Below, piece after piece: positions 55,501 through 64,000 of a stretch of 64,000 nt of DNA. Within the stretch, counting starts at the first letter, position 1. Each line of letters starts with the position of its first letter. The DNA lies in contig CM120643.1 of assembly GCA_051362555.1 (NCBI GenBank), positions 26,478,848 through 26,542,847 of the forward strand. The letters are read 5' to 3'. Source of the stretch: Lingula anatina (taxonomy: Eukaryota > Animalia > Brachiopoda). A model generated the notes under the pieces. That model searched no databases. It saw only the letters and a program-made list of their open reading frames with translations, and was not told the origin of the DNA. A program made the translations under genes and the position numbers.

Positions 55501-58500
55501 TGTCAATAGAACAGTGTTAAATGTCCAATTTCCTCCATTCTGAGATTCTGAACATAGTGGATGATTGAATATGACAAACTGCAATGATATGTGTTTATTT
55601 CCATTTTTGACACTTCATCACACAATACACGATAACAAACTTACCATCATTTTTACATAATCAACTGACAATGTTGTAAAGATGCAGGAAATGTCAAACA
55701 AACACTTTTATGTATCTTATTAGTTCAACAATGAGACTATTAACATGCCTAAGAATTGAATCTGAGGAAATGTGAAAAAAAAGCATAACTTCTAAAATAA
55801 TGGCCCGATTATGCTGATTTTCATACTCAACCTATGTTTTAGTAAGATTGACCACTCCTGTGAGTACAGTGACAATTGGCCTATCTGTTTTTCTTATATT
55901 GTGTTATCAGTGTTGCATATATGCTGAAAAGAATGAAAAAGTAGCATAACTTCCATAAAAGTGGCTCTATCATGCTGATTTTCGAACTTGACCTGCGTAT
56001 TATTAATACTCATCAGTTCTGTAAGTTTCAAACCAAAAGGTGAAACCGTTTTCCACTTATCGTGTTTACGGTGTTGCATATCTGCTGAAAAAAGTGAAAA
56101 AAAAGCATAACTTCCCTAAAAATGACCCGATCATGCTGATTTTCGAACTTGACCGGCGTATAATGAATATTCATCAGTTCTGTAACTTTCAAGCCAAAAG
56201 GTAAAACGGTTTTCCACTTATCGTGTTTACGGTGTTGCATATATGCTGAAAAAAGTGAAAAAAAACCATAACTTCTCTAAAAATGACCCGATCATGCTGA
56301 TTTTCGAACTTGACCGGCGTATTATGAATATTCATCAGTTCTGTAACTTTCAAGCCAAAAGGTAAAACGGTTTTCCACTTATCGTGTTTACGGTGTTGCA
56401 TATATGCTGAAAAAATTGAAAAAACAGCATAACTTCCCTAAAAATAGCCCGATGATGCTGATTTTCGAACTTGACCGGCGTATTATGAATATTCATCAGT
56501 TCTGTAACTTTCAAGCCAAAAAGTAAAATGGTTTTTCACTTATCATGTTTACGGTTAAAGTGCACACCAACGGCGACAGGGACAGCGACGGCGACGACAG
56601 ACGCAGATGATGGCTATATGTACAGACACATCTGTGTCTGTACATAAAAACAGCATAACTTCCATAAAATTGACCCGATAGCTCTGATTTTCAAACTTGA
56701 CCTGCATGTTATGAATATTCATCAGTTTTGTAAGTTTCAAGCCAAAAAATAAAAAGGTTTTTCACTTATCGTGTTATCAGTGTTATAATAATGCTAAAAC
56801 AAGACAGCAATGTTCTGAAATGTTTTTTTTTTCCAGTTTTAACAATTTTTTTTAACATAAAACAAAATTAACAGTTTACTACCGTTTTTATATGATCAAC
56901 TAAGAGAATTGATGAGATGGGAAAAATATTAATAGAGCAGTGTTAAATGTCCAATTTCTTCCATTCTGAGATTCTGAACATAGTGAATGATTGAATCTGA
57001 CAAACTGCAATGATGAATTTATTTCCATTTTTGAAACTTTATTACACAATACACGATAACAAGTTTACCATCATTTTTACATAATCAAGTAATGATGTTG
57101 GAAAGATGCAGGAAATGCCAAACAAACACTTTTACGTATCTTATTAATTAAAAATTGAAACTGTTAACATGCCTAAGAATTTAATCTGAGGAAATGTGAA
57201 AAAATGGCATTTCTTTAAAATAATGGCCCGATTATGCTGATTTTTTAACTCAACCTGTGTTTTAGCAGGAATGACCACTCCTGTGAGTTTAATGACAATT
57301 GGCCTATCTGTTTTTCGTATATTGTGTTTACAGTGTTGCATATATGCTGAAAAAAAGAAAAACAGCATAACTACTAAAATAGTGGCCCGATCATGCCGAT
57401 TTTCGAACTTGACCTGTGTTATAGTAAGATTAATTACTCCTGTGAGTTTCATGACAACAGGCCTATCGGTTTTCCTTGAAATGTGTTTACAGTGTTGCAT
57501 ATATGCTGAAAAGTGAAAAAACAGCATAACTTCTACAATAATGGCCCGATCATGCTGATTTTCGAACTTGACCTGCATTTTATGAATATTCATCAGCTCT
57601 GTAAATATACAGCCAAAAAGTAAAACTGCCTTCCACTTATCGTGTTTACATCAAAAGTGCACGGCGCCAGCGACAGTGACAGCGACGACGACAGACGCAG
57701 GTGATGGCAATATGTACAGACACATCTGTACTTATTTACTGTACTGTTTGAGAACAGTAAGTGACATGGTTTTTCTTAAATGGTCATCATGGGAGCAGTG
57801 CCCAAAATAGATTTTTTTCAAATTTTGATGCAATATTACATAATGTTTAACAGCATAATGACCATCAATTTTTAATAATAAAATATTAGTATCATGGATA
57901 TTCAGAAAATGTGACTAGCAAAGGTCTTCAGGCCCATGGAACTTCAAAGTCACAACTTGAAAATGCCAAAATGTAAACAAAGACAGCAATGTTCTGAAAT
58001 GTTTTTTTTTTTTCATTTTTAACAATTTTTTTTAACATAAAACAAAATTAACAGGTTACTGCCATTTTTATACGATCAACTAAGAAAATTGATGAGATGG
58101 GAAAAATATCAATACAACAGTGTTAAATGTCCAATTTCCTCCATTCTGAGATTCTGAACAGAGTGAATGATTGAATCTGACAAACTGCAATGATATGAGT
58201 TTATTTCCATTTTTGACACTTTATTACACAATACACGATAACAAGTTTACCATCATTTTTACGTAATCAACTAATAATGTTGTAAAGATGCAGGAAATGT
58301 CAACCAAACACTTTTACATGTCTTATTAGTTAAATATTGAGACTGTTAACATGCCTAAGAATTGAATCTGAGGAAATGTGAAACAAGACAGCACTGTTCT
58401 GACATGGGTTTATTTCCATTTTTAACACTTTTTTAACATAAAACAAAATAAACAGTTTACTGCAATTTTTATATGATCAACTAAGAAAATTGATGAGATG

Positions 58501-59453
58501 GGAAAAATATCAATAGAATAGTGTTAAATGTCCAATTTCATCCATTCTGAGATTCTGAACATAGTGAATGATTGAATCTGACAAACTGCAATGATATGAG
58601 TTTATTTCCATTTTTGACACTTTATTACACAATACACGATAACAAGTTTACCATCATTTTTTCATAATCAACTAACAATGTTGTAAAGATGCAGGAAATG
58701 TCAAACAAACACTTTTATGTATCTTATTAGTAAAATAATAAGACTGTTAACATGCCTAAGAATTGAATCTGAGGAAATGTGAAAAAACAGCATAACTTCT
58801 AAAATAATGGCCCGATTATGCTGATTTTCGAACTCAACCTGCGTTTTAGTAAGATTGACCACTCCTGTGAGTTTAATGACAATTGGCCTATCTGTCTTTC
58901 TTATATTGTGTTTACAGTGTTGCATATATGCTGAAAAATGAAAAAAACAGCATAACTACTAAAATAGTGGCCCGATCATGCCGATTTTCGAACTTGACCT
59001 GTGTTATAGTAAGATCAATTACTCCTGTGAGTTTCATGACAACAGGCCTAACGGATTTCCTTAAAATGTGTTTACAGGGTTACATATATGCTGAAAATTG
59101 AAAAAACAGCATAACTTCTACAATAATGGCCCGATCATGCTGATTTTCGAACTTGACCTGCGTTTTATGAATATTCATCAGCTCTGTAAATATAAAGCCA
59201 AAAAGTAAAACTGCCCTCCACTTATCGTGTTTACAAGGAAAGTGCACGGCGCTGGCGACGGCGACGGCGACGACAGACGCAGGTGATGGCTATATGTACA
59301 GACACATCTGTGTCTGTACATAAAAATCAGAAATCTTAAACTTGATTATATGCCTTTTTTCTTGGGGACAGAAGAGGTGGAGGAAAACTACCAAAGCTGA
59401 GGAGCCGGGAAGGGGGGGGGAGATGTCTGTTGTACACGTGCATGCAGAAGTGC

Positions 59454-59487
<34 letters not shown>

Positions 59488-61857
59488 ATGAGAGGCTTTC
59501 CGAAAATACCCCACCCCCATGCACCTTTCTTTCCAACACCCACACATAATCCCTCCAGTCCATCTTATACCAATCCCCCATCAAGACCAGCAAGGATATT
59601 TTTTCTACTGGCATCGTAGGCCAGGCAAGGCAGTACTGCTGTAATGATACCTGAGGCATAGGGCAGTATAACTCTCCCAGAGAGCTGCAAGAAATCCTTC
59701 AGCCACAACAGGGCAGTGTGTTGTATAAGGGGGTCTGAAAGAAATTGGAAAACCATACACTTTATAAACTGTTTTGTGTTGTTCTTTTTGTATAAATTGT
59801 GATATTTTAGTCATGGGTTTTGAAAATGTGAAAATGTGCTCACAATAAATAAATAAATAAAAATAAATAAATAAATAAAACATGCTGTTGCTGTAAACAG
59901 ATAATGCTCAGCAATGCTTAAACAAAGAAATACTGTAAACACTCAGACAAATCTCGCTTTAGTTTCTTTCTTTTTCTCTGTTACATAACATTTGTTCTGA
60001 TAAATAATGCATTAAGTCTTACCTTTTGATTGACTGTGCATGACAAGTACATTGGCCATGGCAGCAAAATCTGCTTTGGACCGCTCCTTGTGAATACCTT
60101 GTAGGAACTCGCCCAAGCAGGCCTCACACCTAAATAACAATAAGGCCCCATTGAGAATAGGGGACCAACTAGTCCTAGGGTCAGATATGGCAACCCACTA
60201 CAAAGCTACTGGACACTGAATAGACATCCCAAAGAGAAGTATTCCAGTGGGTCGGCTATATTTGACCCCAACACTAGTTAGTCCCCTATACTGAATGGGG
60301 CCTAAGATAAGATTTGTAAATATCATTATTTATAGGGTACCAGGCTCAGATTTTAATTTGATTTGGGTCTTGGTAAGAGCCTCAGACAAATAAATTGATA
60401 AATTTTCCCAGTGATGTGACCATCTCTGCCAAATGGGAATTTTTTTTAATCACTACTAAGTTAGTAGTACTAACATTTATCTATCTACAAGAGTTACTGT
60501 TAATATGAGTTAACAATTGCAATCATAATGACGAATCGGCTTCTGCAAATAGAGATCAATATACACAAAATATGCATAATAATTTAACTTAACAATATAT
60601 TCAAAAGTTATTCACTTTTTGTCGTAAATACCTAGTAGTGATTTGTTAAAAATATTTTATAAAGATAAATATCAATTTTTTTTATCCTTTAAGAAATCAT
60701 TACCAGTGAAGATGAGTTCAATCTGAAAGATAAAATCCCAGACTTACATTTTTCTTATTTCATCATTTTCATCCCCAAGAATGTTGAAAAGTCCGTCTAG
60801 AATCTCAGGCAGAAAGACAATCATTTCTATATCTGGCACTGCATCAAGAGTAGAAATCTAAAATATACATGTTAAAAATCTGTCGTTTGCTTACTTGGGC
60901 TATGTACCTTTTTTCTTTAACATATCATTCTTGTATCATTTGCACATAAAACTGTTTTAGCCTAACTTTTAGGCTTTACCAGATCATGGATAATGTTTCC
61001 AGTTATGTTACTATGTTCATTTTAGCATGTCACTACATATGATTCAAGACAATTGTTTTGGATCAAAAAAGGAATTTTATCAAGATGATTAATTTTATTC
61101 TCTATAATATTATGTACAAAATAGCTCATTTTTGAAAGTAAAACAGACTTCATTCAGAAATATATCAAACTTTGTATTGCAAAGCCTTAACTCACCCAAG
61201 ACACCAGAAATTGTCGTGCGAATGCATTCCTCACGTAAATTCTATCTCTCAACAATGGCATGAAAGACACCAGGTCAAATGAACTACTCTCTGTGACAAT
61301 GTCCTGAGACAAATTAGAAAATAAATCTATGGTTATTGCTAATTAAATCTGAACAAAATGGCATTATTATATCTAAAAAAAAAAAGCTTTGCTTGCAAAA
61401 CAGGAATGATGTTTTAAAATTCTACTCATTAAGTTGAATTGAAATATAATATCATTCTACTTTTTACTTTAAAACCACATAATGACCATAACTTTTGAGT
61501 GAATTTTTTTATCTGAAAAGCCACTTTTATTGTTTAGCATGACACCAAGTGGTATCAAAAGTCTATACTTGACTTTTCAAGTTCTGACATCATTCCACTA
61601 TTAGCTGATATGTTTTACCTTCACTAGACGATCTAAAAGTTCAGATCCATTCTTAACATTTTGATCAGGGTCAGCAGCCAGCTAAATAGGACCAAAAAGC
61701 CATGGATTAATTGAATATATTAATCTATCCAAATATTATAAATATGTAATTTTTATATTCAACTTTTGTTTATTACAAGCTAAAATTTGAATTATTTTTA
61801 TAAAACTGAATGAGATAAAACATTTTATTTTGTTGTTTTTATTATTTGTTTTATGCA

Positions 61858-61924
<67 letters not shown>

Positions 61925-63817
61925 ACAGAAGTTACTCTAGGAGTTCAGTTATAAAAATAAAGACACGAGGCAAGTAATCTTTTGTATTTTGTTCTGTAAA
62001 TAGCAACTAAGGGCAGCTAAAATGCTAAACAGTCTTTGCTAGGACCAATTATTAACTTGAGTCATTTTGTGAAAACAAGTCCCTAAAAATGAATATTTAC
62101 CTTGCTCAACCCATCAAAAATATCATTAAACAAAGGAAGAACAGATCCTCTGGCCACTTTGACTATGTTGTACAGAGCCTCGCATGCGTAGTATCTCACT
62201 CGTCCATCCTGGTCATAGAAACAGGCCAAAGTAGGCTTGACCATCTCCCTTACATACAGACTGGACTCCTGAAAAGATTACATAAGCATTTGTCTCATCA
62301 GGACATTTCCCAAGTTTGTTGACTATCTTGAATGAAACATTAACCCCATAGGATCCGGTTAATGCTGACCCATAAAGTTCTGCTGTGCCCAATTAATTCT
62401 GTGACCTAGCCTTGAAAAGCCGGGTCACCTCAGTAAATTGGCCATAATTTATTTGTTTGCCTTTATTACCTATATAAAGTATACATTTTTAAAAAGCCAA
62501 TATTTCAAGCTAAATGAAAATAGAATCACATTTAAATTCAACATGCAGTATCAAGAGTTATGGCCGGTTAAAAACTACATTTTTATTTGGTAATGGGTGA
62601 AATAAAACAAAGTTGATTTATCTTATGCACTTTATTTTTTTATTTCTCCATACATTTGGCTGAAAATTCACAGAAATGATGTCAATTATAGTAACTTTCA
62701 ATCCAGGAAATTTCAGCAAGTTACCTCCAATAGTTTTCAAGTTATGCTCGTTTTGCTATCAGGTATACTTGAGCCAACTTTTCAGCTCACCTGAACATCG
62801 TGGCCAGAGCTGAGTAGAAGTCAAATTTCAACACCATCTATGACAAAAACATCTGTTAAACTTATATCAAAAATAAAGGAATATCATAGCCACTGTCTAT
62901 ATCACTGTCACTCGAAATCACCTTATCAGTGTCATAGTTTTTAATCATTTCAATAAGTGTCTATTCGCAGGCCCCTTCCGTAGTGAGGAGTCGCCATTTT
63001 GATTTTAATTTCTCCAGCTAAGTCTAGAAAATCGCCGATTTCTCGCTTATTTATTTTTCCATCGTCCTTTATATCATAAATAAAGGAATATCATCGTCAC
63101 TGTCTATGTCACTGTCACACGAAAACTTCTCATCATAGTCCGAGTTTTCAATCATTTCAATAACAGTAACCATTAGTAGTTCCATACCGTAGCGAGGAGC
63201 CGCCATCTTGATTTTACTTTCTCCAACTAAGTCTAGAAAATTGCCGTTTTCTCGCTCATATATATTTCTATCGTCTTTAAAAATGGTGGCAATAAGAGAC
63301 AAGAAACATACCCGGATGTTAAACTATATATCATTTCATGACTCACAATACAAAAGAGTACAGAAGCCGATCTTTACAAGATACGCACATATGCGGTTCT
63401 GGGCTTTTGGGGTAAGTGATAATTGAACCGCACATATGCGGTGACGGGCTCTATGGGGTTAATAGAGACATATGCAGAAAATGAATGTTCTATTACATAA
63501 CACAATATTCCTAGAATATATATATTTTTTAAAATTTAGTATGATCAAAAAAGTTTCCAAAGCTAAATTTGCCCTCTGTTAGCAAATTTAACACAATTTT
63601 TTTCACGTAGTTATAGTACTTGAACAAAAGTATTCAGAAAAAGAAAGAGAGAAATTCACAAACCTTCCCCAGTGCGATGGCAGTGGCAGCCATGCCAATC
63701 AAGCCTCCTTTCCTTCCATTGGGGTTCTGCGAGGTAGAGAAGTCTTTGCCCCCCAACACCTGCAGCACCCGGGTGATCTCCTCTCTGTTGTTAGTAGCAA
63801 CATATTCTCTCACTTGT
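48249..63817 (-). CDS. VAC14: VAC14 homolog (PI(3,5)P2 regulatory scaffold), spliced gene span, 16 coding exons in window; exon 1 lies beyond 64000
   Basis: Exons assembled by hand with consistent splice phases give [163 protein letters not shown]. These are collinear with human VAC14 as recalled. Confidence 0.97.
48613..48763 (-). CDS. VAC14: VAC14 coding exon
   Basis: 151 bp; (Y)[49 protein letters not shown](K). Confidence 0.93.
49032..49111 (-). CDS. VAC14: VAC14 coding exon
   Basis: 80 bp; [26 protein letters not shown]; preceded by TTCCTTAAC branch site. Confidence 0.95.
49112..49388 (-). other. U12-type GT-AG intron of VAC14 (277 bp)
   Basis: 5'ss GTATCCTT (49388-49381), perfect branch site TTCCTTAAC (49131-49123) 11 nt from the end of the intron, no long polypyrimidine tract. 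Confidence 0.92.
49389..49507 (-). CDS. VAC14: VAC14 coding exon ending at a U12 GT-AG donor
   Basis: 119 bp; [39 protein letters not shown](F), followed by GTATCCTT. Confidence 0.93.
49634..49764. mobile_element. hAT-like MITE (CAGGGAT...ATCCCTG)
   Basis: CAGGG termini; shares actg.catttagtgacaa, atatttttg.ctc.caaa and gaaaaat.tca.ccctg with 52027-52148; no TSD recognised. Confidence 0.5.
49800..49906 (+). mobile_element. 3' fragment of the same short HINE family
   Basis: ttttgagttatg..gatgaca (gaca)n(aaca)n ggggtgaaaacataacttccttggagg matches 53800-53860. Confidence 0.6.
50023..50197 (-). CDS. VAC14: VAC14 coding exon
   Basis: 175 bp; [58 protein letters not shown]. Confidence 0.95.
50614..50831 (-). 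CDS. VAC14: VAC14 coding exon
   Basis: 218 bp; [18 protein letters not shown]...[29 protein letters not shown](R). Confidence 0.94.
50856..51115. mobile_element. Near-fully palindromic PIF/Harbinger-type MITE (foldback, arms about 120 bp)
   Basis: TTA TSD; GGCTTCGTTCACATGGAAAGTCTATTTTCTAAAAA ... TTTTTAGAAAATAGACTTTCCATGTGAACGAAGCC; centre (agttactata)x2. Confidence 0.88.
51411..51476 (-). CDS. VAC14: VAC14 coding exon
   Basis: 66 bp; [22 protein letters not shown]. Confidence 0.93.
51754..51901 (-). CDS. VAC14: VAC14 coding exon
   Basis: 148 bp; [49 protein letters not shown]. Confidence 0.9.
52027..52148. mobile_element. hAT-like MITE, second copy
   Basis: Homologous to 49634-49764. Confidence 0.5.
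52776..52956 (-). CDS. VAC14: VAC14 coding exon starting after a U12 AC acceptor
   Basis: 181 bp; (N)[59 protein letters not shown](G); GTAAG donor. Confidence 0.88.
53108..59326 (+). mobile_element. Second copy of the same HINE-like modular element, inside the VAC14 AT-AC intron
   Basis: Same 5' end at 53108, same modules (including a 161-bp tandem run at about 55920-56550), same terminal hairpin at about 59294-59321. Confidence 0.75.
53676..53860 (+). mobile_element. Short HINE/Helentron-type element nested in the large element
   Basis: ACTAGAAAAGCGCTCCGAGAGTGCAGACCTCTGCCAAGG ... AACCTCCTTGGCAGAGGTAA (subterminal IR plus 3' hairpin); related 3' part with (GACA)n(AACA)n at 49800-49905. Confidence 0.65.
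59457..59486. repeat. (TG)n microsatellite
   Basis: Directly visible. Confidence 0.9.
59600..59734 (-). CDS. VAC14: VAC14 coding exon ending at a U12 AT-AC donor
   Basis: 135 bp; [45 protein letters not shown], followed by ATATCCTT. Confidence 0.92.
60023..60129 (-). CDS. VAC14: VAC14 coding exon
   Basis: 107 bp; [35 protein letters not shown]. Confidence 0.93.
60144..60302. mobile_element. PIF/Harbinger-type MITE
   Basis: TAA TSD; long imperfect TIRs GGCCCCATTgAGaATAGGGGACcAACTAGT / ACTAGTTaGTCCCCTATaCTgAATGGGGCC. Confidence 0.82.
60748..60857 (-). CDS. VAC14: VAC14 coding exon
   Basis: 110 bp; [36 protein letters not shown](M). Confidence 0.95.
61196..61303 (-). CDS. VAC14: VAC14 coding exon
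   Basis: 108 bp; [36 protein letters not shown]. Confidence 0.95.
61619..61681 (-). CDS. VAC14: VAC14 coding exon
   Basis: 63 bp; [21 protein letters not shown]. Confidence 0.95.
61858..61924. repeat. (TAAA)n microsatellite
   Basis: Directly visible; others at about 48093-48142 and 47476-47499. Confidence 0.93.
62101..62268 (-). CDS. VAC14: VAC14 coding exon
   Basis: 168 bp; [56 protein letters not shown]. Confidence 0.95.
62344..63458 (-). mobile_element. Non-autonomous piggyBac-type element
   Basis: TTAA on both flanks; termini CCCCATAG/CTATGGGG; subterminal repeats CGCACATATGCGGT x2; short acidic ORF remnant (MAAPRY...[18 protein letters not shown]) present with a degenerate second copy. 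Confidence 0.8.
63664..63817 (-). CDS. VAC14: VAC14 coding exon (second exon)
   Basis: AG..GT bounded; [51 protein letters not shown]. Confidence 0.93.
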
Positions 63818-64000
63818 CTTAAAAAATGAAATTAAAAAGGAAAAATGAAAATCAATTTTTAAATTATTGATAAAAACTGGTGAATTAAATACAATCATTC
63901 TAGATGTAAAATATATATCAATCATGAACGATCAGCTCTTGTAATGGTCATTTTCACTGCAAAAGATTCTAACACCTGTCCGAATAAATGAATGAATAAA

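Larger units (their letters stand above)
52957..59599 (-). other. U12-type AT-AC intron of VAC14 (6643 bp)
   Basis: 5'ss ATATCCTT (59599-59592), branch site TTCTTAAC (52972-52965), 3'ss TAC at 52957; joining gives DASRKNTLEVA, gap-free against human DDRKKSIKEVA. Confidence 0.88.

Noticed and set aside
43133-59101. Family of similar minus-strand ORFs ([16 protein letters not shown]..., ADADADGD..., MPMPMP...) that look like a repeated protein family
   Set aside because: They are translations of the repeat modules and of the (GGCATC)n microsatellite; copies differ by frameshifting homopolymer indels, with no frame preservation
59565-59599. Extension of the VAC14 exon to a downstream GT donor ([10 protein letters not shown]|V)
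   Set aside because: Adds non-homologous residues; the ATATCCTT U12 donor with a matching branch site and AC acceptor gives a gap-free alignment
60704-60722. Apparent 19-nt microexon (tttcag|ATTGAACTCATCTTCACTG|gtaatg) in a VAC14 intron
   Set aside because: Only 25 nt from the upstream donor (too short for an intron) and frameshifting; the flanking exons already join in frame

Overview
AT-rich animal (probably invertebrate; taxon not determinable here) genomic DNA with two intron-containing genes, both on the minus strand. (1) VAC14 (PIKfyve/FIG4 scaffold): 16 coding exons read by hand from 63817 down to the stop at 48249, with the first exon beyond the window. It contains two minor-spliceosome (U12) introns, one AT-AC and one GT-AG. 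(2) An MTSS1/MTSS2 (MIM, I-BAR) orthologue: promoter near 40.15-40.24 kb, coding exons 1-3 at 39839-33940, then an intron of more than 33 kb running off the left end. The VAC14->MTSS tandem order matches human VAC14-MTSS2. The non-coding DNA holds two large (5-6 kb) modular Helentron/HINE-like elements with internal tandem arrays, one nested inside itself and one filling the AT-AC intron. It also holds several PIF/Harbinger-type MITEs (two next to VAC14 splice acceptors), a non-autonomous piggyBac, hAT-like MITEs, a 55-bp minisatellite and microsatellites. Almost all ORFs in the supplied track are spurious. No prokaryotic-type system, CRISPR array, tRNA or rRNA was seen.
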